DNA of 64,000 nucleotides from assembly GCF_001194135.2 (NCBI RefSeq), contig NC_068986.1, forward strand, positions 85,614,670 through 85,678,669, read 5' to 3'. Below the pieces are notes generated by a model. The model made no database searches. It was not told where the DNA came from and saw nothing but the letters and a program-made list of their open reading frames with translations. Positions 49,601-64,000 of this stretch are shown here, piece by piece; positions within the stretch are counted from its first letter, which is position 1, and each line of letters opens with the position of its first letter. A program made the translations under genes and the position numbers. This DNA is from Octopus bimaculoides (taxonomy: Eukaryota).

Positions 49601-50433
49601 AACTCCTTATCCTTTCTTTCTAAATCTCTTTCTCTTCACATACAATTACATTCCCTTTTCTGTCTCTAATTAACTATCTCAGCTTACTCTATACCACGCG
49701 TTCTCTGTTCCTCCCCAACCCACGCACGCATCTACAGCTACTACAGCTTCTTCAGTTCGGTGTTAATCTGTGAGAGATCAACACTGGTAATTTCATAGTT
49801 TTGTCTGGAATCATTAGCTTCGGACATCACCCTCTGACATCTGGAGCGTAAAAGACAAGGCGAAGTAATATTTGGTCAATTATATCCGCTCTACTGATTA
49901 CATCGTGTTTGGGCTTCATTTGGGATGCAGAGATTATGAGAAGCGAGACATGAAGAAGAAGAAGAAGAAACGTTAGCAATAAGAACAACAACGATAAAAA
50001 CAACAACAACAACAACAACAAAAGCAATAGCGGCAACAGCAGCAGTAGCAGTAGCAACAACATTACGAATGTTACAAGAAAAATCAGAATAATTACAAGC
50101 GAACTAAAATAGAATACACAGAAAGAAAGAAGAGTGTGTTGAAACGGAAATATCGAACGATGAGCAGAAATGGAGGATATAAGAAGAGATGTAAGGAAAA
50201 TAGTCAGAGAGAAGGACAAATACAGATAATGGAATACAGAAAGAGAGAAATGGAGAGGGAACTCATCGACGTCCTTTAAAAAGGGAGGAACATGGTGAAC
50301 AACGTAGTTTTGGATACACTGTATCTACACAAAAGATGCGATGGTCAAGGTTGTAGTGTCTACTATTATAGTTATGTACGATCAAGGGATACAGGAGGTA
50401 CAACAGCAATGGCAACGGCAATAACAATGACAC

Positions 50434-50487
<54 letters not shown>

Positions 50488-50526
50488 CAGCAGCAGCAGC
50501 AGCAGCAGCAGCGGCATCGGCAGTGG

Positions 50527-50812
50527 TTTTATTATCATTATTCAGTAGTTTTATTTTTATAACGTGCTTTCACTTCCCTACCGAGCGCAGCTCTGTGTGC
50601 CTTGGGTATGTGCTGTGGTTTGCTGTGATGCTCTTATGGTTACTGTATTGAAAGTGTTTTGCGTAGAATGTGTGCAGTACCCAGTAGTGCAATTTTCTGT
50701 ATGTTTGTAAGTCCTGGTGTTTTTGTTATGTATTTGTCTGAATATTTTTTTAATTATACCTAAGGCTGGGATGATAGGAATTGTTTCTGTTTTTAGATTC
50801 CACATTCGAGTT
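50527..50812 (-). mobile_element. 5'-truncated R4/Dong-like LINE 3' end in (AAT)n
   Basis: RMWNLKTETIPII..ALGIIKK...NIQKIALLGTAHILRKTLSI*-like C-terminus (frameshifted), short 3' UTR, AAT repeats on both sides. Confidence 0.75.
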
Positions 50813-50819
50813 ATTATTA

Positions 50820-50906
<87 letters not shown>

Positions 50907-51214
50907 ATAGTAGTAACAGAAGCAGCAATGAAGGTATTAACAACAACAACAGCTACAGCAGCTGCAACAAACCGCAATCGACAACCTAGAAATAACTGCC
51001 AAACTGTGCTCGAATGATCACCAACCATTTTCATTCTCTAGATTTAAGTAAAATGACATGAACATATTAATTCTATCTAATTTTAACTGCAATTTCGAAG
51101 GTAGGATAAGCTGATTACATATAACCCAGTGCTTGACTGTTTCTTAGGTTACCAAGCATGTACGAATGAAAGGCAAAATCAACTACAGCGGAATTTGAAC
51201 TTAGAACGTATACA

Positions 51215-52170
51215 GCCTTCAGCTACTCAGATAAACACCTTGCTAGTCATGCAGACGATACGAAAGCTTCTCAGGGGATACAATTTCCCGAAAATGTTGC
51301 GCATCTGCAAAAGGAGTTGAACGCAATATTCAGGTAGGCTGAGGACAATAGCATGCTGGAAAATTGCAAGCCCTGCGCTACCAGCACACGAATTTGAATG
51401 AGATGTAAACAGGATAGATTGGCGTAGGAGGAATTGCAATCCCTGAATCAACACCAGTAGGAGATTGGAATGAGTGACGATGCCTCTTTCCAGGTACATA
51501 TTACTAAATTGGGAATAAAACGCAGGCGGCTGGCTGGCTGGATCATCAAAACTTCCAGAACAAGAAGACAAGAAATCATTATGGTCCTTTAGAGGACATA
51601 TTTTCTCAGCTGCTTAGATTACCTGCTTCCAAGTATGATTACCACACAGTGCAAAATTAACAACAGAGTTCGAAGCTACACAAAGAAGATCGTCTCAATG
51701 CGGCACATTTGCTACAGGGGAAAACTGAGAAAGTTAAAATTCTGCTCTTTAAAATGAATGCAAGAAACTTATGCAGTGATATAGATCTGGAAAATCCTGG
51801 AAGAACTAGTACCAAATTTTGGCATTGAATGTTACACCAACTGTAGAACAGGGAACCACTGCATAGTGCTAAAAATCCCAGCTTGGGTTTCAGGGGCCCA
51901 CAGCTATTCATTATCTTCCACAATGTCTGTGAGACCTACATGGGGTGGATGTAGGTTCCTTCAAAACAAAACTAGATCTCCTCTCGAGAGCTACAGAATC
52001 TACCTTGCGGCAGGGAACGCGGATGTAGATAGCAGCGTCAAATTTCCTCATTCACAAAATGCCACACATCAGAAAAGGTTTTAATTAGTAAAAGTGTAGC
52101 AAAGGTAACAGAGGGGCTCCACCATAGCCGATGCACATGAGCTGAAACAATTTAAAGAATAAAAAAAAGA
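51215..52170 (+). pseudogene. CR1-like LINE RT to 3' end
   Basis: Degenerate YADD-region (cttgctagtcatgcagacgatacg), ALRYQ, LAGWIIKT...RTGNHCIV, FLQNKTRS; tail gaggggctccaccatagccg...gctgaaac, then A-rich. Confidence 0.75.
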
Positions 52171-52769
52171 GAGATTTGGAGGACACGGTTAGAATTATTT
52201 TGTCTGAAGAGCCAACGATTTTGCTAGCTCCACGCTTATCGTGAATACATAATAAAGCCGGCTTTAGTCTATAATAAAATGTACCGTATTAGTTGCATAA
52301 AATGCACTAGTTCGAGGTACATTATATCTATAGAAAATAGACGGAGTGGTCACGATGTAACGCTTTTGTTTTAAGCCTGCTCAAAGAAGACTAATCTGGA
52401 GTTTAATAACAGCAGAAAACCAATTTCATATCTTCCTTTCTGGTATAAAATCAAGGAATAATCTAAGTACATAATAAAATGGTTCATATGAGAGACCTAT
52501 GTAGTCTTTTATGTGTAATAATATTTAGTTTTGCATTGATTTGTGAATACACAATTGTATTATATAATGCATAGCATGCATATTAATACAAACATGTAAA
52601 CGTGATTTTATTCCACAATAAGATTATTGCTACATGAAGAAGACTGCGAAACGTCGGTCATCCTATATTTTTCAAGAGGTTAGATAAATATATTTACCTC
52701 TCACACCTCCTGGCATTTTTAAGGTTTTATACACACATACACACACAAACACACACACATACATGTGTG

Positions 52770-52807
<38 letters not shown>

Positions 52808-52824
52808 NNNNNNNNNNTGTGCCC

Positions 52825-52864
<40 letters not shown>

Positions 52865-53598
52865 ATGTGAGAAGAGAAACAGTTACACAAATGCAATATT
52901 GTCAATATCAGAAAGATAATCGAAACACCCAGATAAAATTATGGCAGCATCTACAGAAAGGCAATAGCAACTACTGCACTAACGACATATTCAAAAGAAC
53001 AAACAAGCGCAAAAATAGTGCTAACAACAAAGCAAATACTTTCAAATCAATTCGGCAAATCAAAAATATCAAATATGCAATGACTGTGTCAAGTTCAACA
53101 TTATTAACCATAACAGCACGGATAACAATATAAAAGAAAGTATTGCAGCAAACAGCATTAGCACAAAATCAACATGATAACAATAAAAAACAAAAATGTT
53201 AATATCAAGAACAGGAGAATCCAAGTAGCTACCAAGAAGTGTTACGTGGTTGGCCAAGTTGCTGGAAATAGGACTGAAGTCTTATTCCAGGTTCATCCTT
53301 CTGTCTTGACAAAAGTAAGGTCATTTTTGAATGATAATGTAGTCTTAGATATACTGTTCCTGAAAATGAGCTAGGATTGTTAAGAATAAAGGCCCTCTGA
53401 CCATAGGTTTACTGGCTGAAGACTGACCTATGGCTAAACATCATCAGATCTATAAAATTTATTTGATGCTGACATTAACAGCTAAAGCAGTACAAGACAA
53501 CAAGGAAGCCTTTAAACGGTCTCTCCTCTTTTTTAATGACAACCAAATCGTCATGAAATTAATCCCTATCTTTTTAAGGAAAGAAAGGCGCATTATAT

Positions 53599-53812
53599 GG
53601 AGAGTGGGAAGAATCGTTAGCCCGCTTGCCAAAATGTTTAGCGACATTTCGTCCGTCTTCATGTTCTGAGTTCAAATTCCGCCGAGGTCGACTTTACCTT
53701 TTATCTTTTTGAGATTGATAAAGTGAGTACCGATTGAGCGTTGAAGTCGATGTAATCGACTTACACCCTCCTCCGAAATTCCTGGCCTGGTGCCAAAATT
53801 TGAAGCTATTAT
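53599..53812 (+). mobile_element. SINE family A
   Basis: B-box gagttcaaattcc, core gtcgactttacc..., tail gtgccaaaatttgaa. Confidence 0.85.
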
Positions 53813-54700
53813 ATAAGTTACTTCGATAAAAATTTTAAAAAGACAGGTTGACCACGTGTGGAATTTTTTTGATCACAGTTCTGTTAGACTACGGATGACG
53901 TGATGAACAACTAAAGTAGTTAGGGACGCAATGACGGAGCATCGTCCTACAAGATGAAGTCAGAACTCGGCCCAACCACTTTGACATATTTGCAAGCAAG
54001 CACGTGGATTACAGATGGAACAACTGTTAAATGAATTACAATACATTTCTGAATATCTGAGCGTACAGGGACTATTGTGCTTATATCTATGGTAGTGAAT
54101 GTGTGGGTCGAACCAATGCATCGCTCGAACGATCACTTATGTGCTGTATCTAGAAGAGTTTGAGAATAGCCGTGGCTAAGTAACACTTCTAACAGTACAA
54201 TAAAAAAAAAGATCAAGCCAATGAGGGATCCGGTTTTGTATTTGTTCAGCTTGTTAAAAATAGCAATCAAAGCTTCCTCAAATCACATCCTATCGACTTA
54301 AAGAAAAGCATACATAACAAATAAGGCACTCACATGTATCTTGAATTAGATGAGATAGTCGTGGTTGAAATGACTTTGGTCATAGATCTGCTTGATCAGG
54401 GTTAATATGTAGCTAATCAACGCAATAAGAACATATACAACTGTATCAGTTACTACAAAAATACATCATGAAGACCAATGAGAATCTTCATTTAATAGGT
54501 TGATATAAATTTACAAATTCTTAGAGGAGCTGATGAATTGGATCCTTCGTCTTTTGCTATATTAATTTACTGAACCTGGATGGATGACTGGCAAAACGAG
54601 ATTTGATCCCACCTAGTAGAGGAACAGATGTAATTATCGAAAGTATTTGTTCAGATTATTCCAACAATATTGTTCATTTACAAAACTATGTTCTGTCAAA

Positions 54701-54912
54701 ATGATAGTTTCAAATTTTAGCACAAGGCCAGCATTTTGGAAGGATGGGGGTAAATCGATTACATCAACTTCAGTACTCAACTGGTACTTACATTGCCGAC
54801 CGCAAAAAGATGAAAGGTGAAGTCGACCCCGAAGGTAATTTGAATTCAGAACATAAAGAGAGAAAATGCCGGTAAGCATTTGGTCCGGCATCGTTACGAT
54901 TCTGCCAGGTCA
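54701..54912 (-). mobile_element. SINE family A
   Basis: Head-to-tail similarity to other family A copies. Confidence 0.8.
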
Positions 54913-57317
54913 CAGATAAGTTGAGAGGCACATATAACGTATTCTTTGTTTCAGAACACTTTAAAATCATTTCCTATGTATGTATAGTACTAAGCTATTT
55001 TAAAACAATTTTGCATACTTGAATATCGTGAAGTCTCTATCATACAAATACAATTCCTAAATTTAGTAATACGACGATTGACAAACTGAACATTAGATGA
55101 TAAATGAATTCGTAGTACCAGCAAAAGAAGAAAACAAAAATGCTTTCCGACATTTGCACTTTTGTGTGGAAATCTTAACAGTCATTTATTTGAAGTGCAC
55201 AAGATTTTATCACTTTAAATATTTCTAAATAGACCATAATGAGTTTTGAATGAGAGACGTACTAGAAAATAACAAATGACTGTGTCTTTATTACTTGCCA
55301 GTGGGTACCCCAACATGATTGTAACAATTTGGTCTATCTCAAATTATTCAAAGAAACAAAAGTAAAGGCGAGAATGATGACTGCTTGAGTTTTACATCTG
55401 TATCATTCACCAATTTCTACATTATTTGTACTATACATCACTACTCTGAGTAAAAGTACTGAATGAAGATGTATTCTATCCAAGTAGCAAATTAGATTAA
55501 TATGCAGACGAATCTCAGACATTTTTGTAATGTTCTGGCTTCACAATTTGTAATTCTTGGTTACTTCCACATAAGGGATTCCAGTTAGAAATGGATTAAC
55601 AACTATTGGGGCAGAGACTAGGAGGAACACTCCTCAACATATTATTGGTCTGCATATGAAAATACATGTCTAATTACATATTGAAGTAATACGGTATTTA
55701 TTTTCCCTTAAAACCTGATGGACTGATATATCAATTAGTTGGGTCATAATCTGAACTAACAATATTTTCTCTTAATAGGTCGTCTGCAATTCTTGTAACC
55801 TTAGAATTCAATCTCCCCCTATTATCTTCATTTTTGTATTCAGTTTGAAGCTTCTAGTGTTATTGCTTTACCCAGAGGACGCTGCCGACATATTGTGCTG
55901 GAACACGAACTGATAAAGCCATCAAGCGAAAAACCGACAAATTATCTCTCCACTCAGCCATTGTGAGCTGACTGCAACGAAACTCAGTGTTGTAAATATT
56001 GTACATAATCAGTCACTGAATTAACAAGCGCTCTTCAAATGAGCCATTTTTGACATGTAAAGAATAATCTCTTCGCTAATCAAGTGAAAAATCGTTGAGC
56101 GGAAAGAGGAAAATTAAAAATATAAATTCAAGAGTAAAACACAAAAACATACGATGAAATGACACCCTCTTCAAAAATAAAATCAAATAAACGGAGGAAA
56201 AAAAAAAGAAAAATTAAAAAGAAAAATATTAAATCCAAATTAATACAAATCACCAATAAATGTTATAGGTTCTTAAATATTCAACATTTAAAAATCTAAA
56301 ATTAAAAGAAACAAAAATATCTGACGCAAACAAAAATAAAATACGAATTATAAATTTATCGAATAAAATATAACACAAAAGAAACGGTAAAACAAGATTT
56401 CTAAACAGCTGAAAACAATGTTAAAAATAAGAATATAAATTTATAAACGCAAGGCAAAATTGAAAAATAAAAGATAAAATCCTCTGAAAAAGTATTCCAA
56501 ATGAGAGTTTTAATATAAATCCGTTCGGATGCGGAGCGTGAAATTTCTGACAAGAATCTTATCATAATTTGCCATTATGATCTCCTAAATTCCACATTCC
56601 ATTTGCAGCATTCAATTTTTCCTCCTTTTCCTTCTAACACTACCACACTTCCATGATTTCTTTTCTCTCACATGCACAAGTACACATTTAATCTTCCTAC
56701 ACCTCTGCCTCTCCTTCTAATACCTTCCTTCCTCCTACACATCAAAATCATTATCATTCTCATGTTTTCATGTTAGCGTCCTTTTTGTCCTTTTCGCTAA
56801 TATATTGCCTATCATTTTCAGGCTATTTATCATAATCATTATTACTATTATTGTTTTATTATTTATTGTAAACGGTATTATTATTATTGTTGTTGTTGTT
56901 GTTTTTGATAATGTTATTTTTATTTTTGTTTACATTATAATTTTGTGGTCCTATTCAAGAAAGATGACAGCATTCAAATTGAAGAGTTTGTATAACATGA
57001 ATGTATTTCATATATATAAATATTTACACACAGATGTATAATGTATATGGAAATACATGCGTGTGCACATTTTATGTAAGCATATGCGCACATATATACA
57101 TACATGCATATATACATACATATGTATATANNNNNNNNNNGTATGTATATATATATATACTAGTTTACTATATACATATATAGAGAGTAAATGATGATAG
57201 AAAAGACAAAAACAAGATTAGAGAAATAAAAGAAAATGTTGATGACAACCAAATTTAAATCAAAGAAAACCATAACAAAACGACATATCAAAATAATAAT
57301 GAGGTTAATAAATACTA

Positions 57318-57364
57318 CAACTACACATAATAATGATAATAATAATAATAATCATAACAACGAC

Positions 57365-57411
<47 letters not shown>

Positions 57412-57449
57412 TAATAATAATAACAATAATAATAATAGTGATGATGATA

Positions 57450-57499
<50 letters not shown>

Positions 57500-57730
57500 G
57501 AGGTGGTGGAGGAGGAGGAGGGGGAGGGGATTAAGGAGGCGTGGAAGTCGAAGAAAAAGAAAAAGAGGAGGAAGCGGTGGCGGAAAGGAGGGAGAAGTAT
57601 AAGAAGAAGAAAAAGGAGGAGGTAGGGCGAAGTGGAAGGACAAGAAGAAGAAGAGAAAGAAGTAAAAAAGGAGAAAATGACGACGATGCGAATGATTACA
57701 GCGATATTTATGATAATGATGATGATGATG
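57318..57730. repeat. Compound (AAT)n(GAT)n(GGA)n/AG-rich triplet tract
   Basis: Read directly. Confidence 0.9.
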
Positions 57731-57799
57731 ATGAAAATGTTACAGATTAATAATATATAAAATAATAGAAAAAAATAACATGCAGCTAGGACTTCAAAA

Positions 57800-57881
<82 letters not shown>

Positions 57882-58512
57882 CAATATAAAAACGGAATAA
57901 AAGAGCATCGTACTACACTGGAAAATTTGAAAATGAATAACAACCGGAACAGAGAAACAAAAAATAGAGCAAAAAGCAAAATAAAAATCATCAGCTTTGA
58001 AAAGTTTTTGAAGAAAAAATCAAAGCAAATGAAAAAAACATAATAAAAACGAAATTTAAAGCAAGGGAAAATATCTTAAGAAAATGAAAAAAAGCATAAG
58101 GCATAAATAGATATGTTTTGTATTATGTATTGCTTTACAATAAGTAAAAAGAAAAAAAGAAAGAAATTGCTCTCTAATATTGGAGGATAAAAATGAGAAG
58201 AGAGGTCAGACTATAACAGGCTCTATTAAACTGTAATATATTCACACAATTTCAAAATCTCAACCTCACTATTTCCATCTCCTATTAAAGACAAATTTAT
58301 GCTAATTAATCTTCCGTTTGATCATCAGAGTAGGAATAACAGATTAAAGGAATAGAAAATTTGCGAAGTTAATAAAAATCCATATATACATACATAAATG
58401 CATACAAGTTTATATATGCGCATTTTATGCATACATTAGCCAGTACAACACATACATACACATGCACACGCTTGTGCATTCATACACACATACACACACA
58501 TATATATATGCA

Positions 58513-58578
<66 letters not shown>

Positions 58579-59255
58579 ATACACATATCCATATACATTA
58601 TATGTTTGCGTATATGTATTTGTGTGTGTATTGTATGTGTGTATACATCTGCATTTGTGCACGTGAATGTGCGTACATAGATACGTATCATCGTATTATA
58701 CTTGAAATGCAAATATTTAGGATAGGCTCCATAAAAACATGTAATATATGCATACATGTTTAACCATTACCCATATAATATGCATATACATATGCAAATG
58801 TATGTACACACACGCACATAAACACATACACGGACACCTCCATACCCTCCACTCCAAACGCAACTCTGCATGCAACGGCCACTAAAACATACACCCACAT
58901 AGATTCGCACATGCAATAGTAAAAATATATTAACATTTCTTTAATTAAAAGGAATTAATTTATAAACAATAAATATTCTGCAAGTCATGTTATTCAATTT
59001 TCATTGTATGATTGTTCGACAATGTGTATAGTTAAGTCTGTTTGTAACGTGCGTTGATGTCAGGGACTTTATGTATGCATATTGCTATTGTTGTGCAATA
59101 TTCGTTTCTGGTTAGAACTGTGTACAAGTCTAGGTGTGCTTGTGTGTATATAGGTGTTTTTGCTTTTTATTTGAGCATATCCTAGTATTTTTGTACAAGA
59201 TTCACTGCAACGTGTGCGAATATGTGAATGTGTGTGTGTGTATAGACAGTGAGAG

Positions 59256-59309
<54 letters not shown>

Positions 59310-59423
59310 TAGAGAGAGCAAGAAACAGACAGCGAATGAAAGGTGGCACAGAACGACAAACGATAAAGGAACACATGGAAAACAAACACAAAAGACATGG
59401 ACACGGTCATCCCTCCTCAGTAG

Positions 59424-59623
59424 CCGAACAACAGTCATTACAATTTCGCGCTATTATCGATCAAGATGTTCATCAAAAATGCTTTGGGATATGTGAGCGG
59501 AAGTGAAGGACAGAATGAGAGCAATATAGAAAAGACATGGCAATTAATATATCCACTGCATCCAGTTCCTTACTCAGTCGTCTTGACCTGGTTTTTCATT
59601 GGATTGAAGATGTCCACAGACAA
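59424..59623 (+). CDS. Weak candidate exon (66 codons: PNNSHYNFALLSIKMFIKNALGYVSGSEGQNESNIEKTWQLIYPLHPVPYSVVLTWFFIGLKMSTD)
   Basis: ccctcctcagtAG acceptor, caa|GTGAGT donor, open frame. No homology recognised. Confidence 0.25.
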
Positions 59624-60859
59624 GTGAGTGGTGCACAACTCTTCTCGGCTTTAAACAAAGTCACAGCACAACATATCAGTCATCCATATGAATCACTAGA
59701 TGGTCCTCATTGCACCGATGGGCAAACATAATTTCACAGCCTCATCTTTTACGTGTGTAGTCGATTTTGGCTTCTTTGTTAGTTTCTTTCTTGTCGACGT
59801 GAGGGGATTTATAGTTGCAATCTGTGTGTTCAGTATATTAATTGTAACCATGCGTTGCGCTATTAATATTGTTCTCATAATCAATTCAATCTTTTATATC
59901 TCTGGGAAATTCTATAAAGTATGAAATCATTTTTCTATGTTTTTATGGTGTGTTGTGTAGTGTATCATAATTACGTAATTATATCTTGGGTTAAATGCAT
60001 GGTAATCTCACAAAAGTGTTTTGTAATTGTTTGTTCAGTCCAAAATTATGATATAGAATATTTGAATATTTTCAATAAAAGCAATATGAAACTTTAAATA
60101 ACCGCAAACATGGTTTTAAAATCGATCCATTTATGAGATATGAAATGCTTCTTTCATGCTGTCTTTTGTATTGTTTAACCGCATATATTTTTACCTTTTC
60201 GTAGAGTTTTCAAGACGGCGGTGCGTGATTTCGATGAATTGGTGCAATCATCAGAGCACCTGAATGAATGTCACGTGGTGTTTGTTTCGGTTCTTAGCGT
60301 TCCGAGTTCAAATTCCTGGGAGACCTACATGATAGTGTACTTAATACATTTCCGTTTACCACAACTGACACTTCGAGTCCGTTTAGAAGAATCCATCTGC
60401 TGCAAGCGTTCATTCCTCCGTCCAACATATCTAGGAAACCCAATAAAGTTTCATAGACCATGCCTTCCAACGTGACTGCAATTTAAAAATGCCTCTTTTG
60501 AAAATATATCTTCTAACAGTGTAGAATCTAGTGAAATCATCAGCGGTATGAAACCTAGCGACAAATTAGAATATTTATTTGATTGTAGCCCACATGCCGA
60601 CATCTATAAATGCTGAAATGTTCCCAACAAGCTGGCCATTATAAAGTGATGTGAACTCTGTTCGTTAAATTATCTCAACATTTTTATGACACACAGAGAG
60701 CTTCTACGTTTTCTTAAGGATACATTAGAGCCCGAAGTATAAAAAGCAAAGTCGACGTCGACGGAATTTTAATTCAGAACGGAAACATGGACGAAATGCC
60801 GCTCAGTAATTTGCCCGGTGTGCAGTATTTTTCACCTCCTTTTTCATTGATTTAATATC

Positions 60860-61055
60860 GGTTTGAAGTTTTGTTGGAATGGCAACAAAGTCGGGGTGGG
60901 CTAGTCGATTACATTGACCCCACTATTCAACTGGTACTTATTTTATCGACCTCAAAATGATGAGAGGCAAAGTCGACCTCGGCAGAATTTGAATTCAAAA
61001 TGGAAAGCAGAGGGAACGTCGTTAAGCATCTTGCTTGGCATGCTAACAATTCTGC
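60860..61055 (-). mobile_element. SINE family A (a second partial copy at about 60720-60825)
   Basis: ctagtcgattacattgacccc...gtcgacctcggcagaatttgaattc...gctaacaattctgc. Confidence 0.8.
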
Positions 61056-61846
61056 TATTATCAAGTTAACAAATACTTCAACAATAGCTCCATACACCAC
61101 ACACAAAATTTAATTGTCCACATTCCAATTTTTTTAATTTTTCTAATTAGCTTCTCTTTTTAAAATATCAGCCGTTCTGTCTTGGTGGGGGTAATATTTT
61201 GTTAACCGGTCTCTAATACGTTAAAATTCATACGACAATATTTTTCCTTTACACGTGATTTTAAAATTTTGCAACTATTAATCTGTGTGTTGCTTTTTGT
61301 GGTAAAATATTGTATTCCTTTGCTTTGCAAACTGTTACGATGTTTTATTGCTTTGACGTTTCTATACCGCATTTTAGTAGTCAGATAATTTGGATAAAAC
61401 TGTAGTCTTCTTATTTATGTGACAAAATGAACTAAGATTTTCTATATAAAAGCTTCTAGACTTATTTTCGGTATAATACATAATACTGTTTCTTACTTCC
61501 TTACTACAAGTATCATTTCTTCCTGTCTCTTTAGTCTTAGCAAGGTAATATTTATTTCTCGAGCATTTACCATAAATTGTAGGGTTGTTACTTGGTAGTT
61601 CCTTTTCGGTAAACCATTGCTATTCTGTCTTTATGGTAGTACACACATTTTACATAGAGTGTTTCTTTAATCTATTCTGAAAGAGAGAAACCGAAATAGT
61701 TATCCAGACCAGATTAGACTTAAATATTGTGAGAGTTGAGCGGAAGTAATGAGATAATTATTCAATATGAAGGAGAGGGAGAGAGAGGGAGAGAGAGAGG
61801 GAGAATGAGAAGGAGAGAGTGATAATGTGTGTGAGAGAGAGTGTGT

Positions 61847-61891
<45 letters not shown>

Positions 61892-62229
61892 CAAATAAAT
61901 GAAAGAAGGACAGAGACAGAGATAGAGAGGCTTAATTTGTGTATAAATGGGAATTCCAAATATCAACATTGCCTGTTGCATGTTAACTATAATAAAGGAT
62001 CCTTGATTACAGAAAAAAACATTGTTTAGAATATGGTATATATATCAGTGCGGGTCTCATTTGAATTAAAATTTGGATGTATATATAACTGACATTGAAG
62101 TGTAGGGTTTCAAAATTTGTTACTTCAAATTCGTACCCGATGTGTGAGACAGCAAATAGGTGAAATGTTTCAATAAGTTGGCTCCCATTAGGAAGATATT
62201 CTTGTATGAGTAATTACTTTCAATTGTTG

Positions 62230-62610
62230 ATAAAGCTGTTGTGAATTATTGCAGTTAACATAGAAGTCTCCTAGGGAATTTATGCAAAATTCGCTATGTA
62301 ATAAAATATAACACGTGACATAAATATATAATTATATACTGGTACTATTTGGATCCTCAGAATCACAGCTCCTCCTAACCGCACCACATAAGAGTCAAGT
62401 TCACATTACATAACTACATTGCAACACAATTTGTTTTTTATACCTCAACTGTTCCTATTTTATTCAACATTATTCCGAAAGAAATCAAAGACAATAAAGA
62501 GCCTATAGTATTCAAAAAGCTCGTAGACAAATTTCCCCAAGAAGTACTAGACGTATAACAGACACCGTGATATATCTCAGCAAGCAATAACACCCTATAT
62601 AAGTGTATTA
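62230..62610 (+). pseudogene. Old CR1-like LINE C-terminal fragment (different subfamily)
   Basis: TSTVPILFNIIPKEIKDNKEPIVFKKLVDKF...YISASNNTL. Confidence 0.55.
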
Positions 62611-63032
62611 CGTTGTCCCAAAGGCGACTTAGTGTGGTATCATTAAGTTAGGCATGTCTTGAGCCAATAATGACCAGAATCTGACCTGGTTGTCTAAGTT
62701 TTAGGGAAATATTTGTCGGTTGGAAAGTGAATTTTGAAAAAGGTAACAGTGGAGAACGTACAATATTATAATTTCCAGTATGCACTGTTCAGTTTTTCTC
62801 ACGATTTCCTTTTATAAAATAATGACCTTATATTTTCCGCAGACTTCTGCGAGCACTGTTGAGGAAATATGTCACTGTAAGTTATTATTAACAAAAGTAC
62901 CTTTTTTCTGCAAGTCATAAGAACTGACCAGATAGCAGCTCTAGTCACAATCCGTCAGTCAAACAATCTATATATCTACCGAAGCCTGTATGTTTGTCTG
63001 TCTATCTGTTTGTCTATCTGTCTATCTATCTT

Positions 63033-63259
63033 GTTTCTTTATTACCCACAAGGGGCTAAACATACAGGGGACAAACAAGGACAGATAAAGGGATTAAGTC
63101 GATTACATCGACCCCAGTGCGTAACTGGTACTTAATTTATCGACCCCGAAAGGATGAAAGGCAAAGTCGACCTCGGCGGAATTTGAACTTCGAACGTAAC
63201 GGCAGACGAAATACCGCTAAGCATTTCACCCGGCGCTCTAATGATTCTGCCAGCTCGCC
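63033..63259 (-). mobile_element. SINE family A, best-preserved copy
   Basis: Minus strand: ggcgagctggcagaatcattag (A-box)...gaagttcaaattcc (B-box)...gtcgactttgcctttcatcctttcggggtcgataaattaagtaccag. Confidence 0.92.
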
Positions 63260-64000
63260 TATCTATATGTATGTATGCATTTCTGCTGTCTTTCTCTATC
63301 TCACTCTGTCTCTTTCTTACTGTCTTCCTTCCACTGCATTTATCTCTCTCTTCACCTCTGTCGTTATCTTTCTCTGTCTCTATTGCACTACGTACACACA
63401 CGTTCACACTTGCACACCCTAATTTCTTCGTTTATGTCGTATGTGTGTGTAATACAAAATCATAGATCTGCTATGCTTGTATCTCTATGTATTTGTCTGC
63501 CAGTCACTCCACCACTTTATTACTTTGCACATGTTACATGTACTCGTATTTGTATATATACATATATATACGCACATAACACATATGTACATGTACATGT
63601 ATGCATATATANNNNNNNNNNNNNNNNNNNNNNNNNNNNNNNNNNNNNNNNNNNNNNNNNNNNNNNNNNNNNNNNNNNNNNNNNNNNNNNNNNNNNNNNN
63701 NNNNNNNNNNNNNNNNNNNNNNNNNNNNNNNNNNNNNNNNNNNNNNNNNNNNNNNNNNNNNNNNNNNNNNNNNNNNNNNNNNNNNNNNNNNNNNNNNNNN
63801 NNNNNNNNNNNNNNNNNNNNNNNNNNNNNNNATATATATATATATATACAGAAATATTTATATATATACACAAATATTTACATATATATACACAATCAAT
63901 TGCAAACACACACACATATATGCACATATATGTACGTTTGTGTGCATGTGACATTATGAATGTACTTCCTGACGCTGGCGTTTCATTGTGAATGTGCGTG

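Noticed and set aside
49830-49940. Possible RLE-LINE zinc-knuckle fragment (KHDVIS)
   Set aside because: Too short and lacks the Cys/His pattern.
52632-52660. atgaaga-ag-actg-c-gaaacgtc hammerhead-like string
   Set aside because: C3 is missing, stem II is one base pair, and there is no stem I.
52330-54430. Three very degenerate copies of another interspersed repeat tail (near 52345, 53380 and 54360)
   Set aside because: Similarity is too weak to set boundaries or class without a consensus.
903-63991. Numerous long ORFs in the supplied track (YI/CV/HT repeats, poly-X, poly-N/D/L/V)
   Set aside because: They are translations of microsatellites or N gaps and not evidence of genes.

Overview
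AT-rich, microsatellite-saturated eukaryotic genomic DNA from a gapped short-read-style assembly (about 20 N runs, most flanked by (TA)n or other simple repeats). The repeat families suggest a cephalopod, probably Octopus; this is inferred from recalled SINE families and not verified. No host gene can be identified. There are only a few weak candidate exons, and most ORFs in the supplied track are translated microsatellites or gaps. Most of the interpretable sequence is decayed mobile DNA: a degenerate Ty3/Gypsy element (17.4-21.5 kb; gag, protease, RT, RNase H, integrase, PPT, LTR start), CR1-like, L1/Tx1-like and R4/Dong-like LINE fragments, Tc1/mariner remnants and MITEs, a 690-bp TIR element with an 8-bp TSD, and at least four tRNA-derived SINE families. 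The most notable signal is a set of short non-coding, (TA)n-flanked foldback elements (10.7-11.25, 32.76-33.19, 33.2-33.75 and 44.35-44.92 kb). They carry minimal type I hammerhead ribozyme motifs (CUGANGA...GAAAC..GUH), three with complete cores and palindromic stem III, and helix sequences that differ between elements while pairing is kept. A tRNA-SINE has a hammerhead motif in its 3' tail. These look like non-autonomous Penelope-like or retrozyme-like elements. Ribozyme activity is predicted, not shown.
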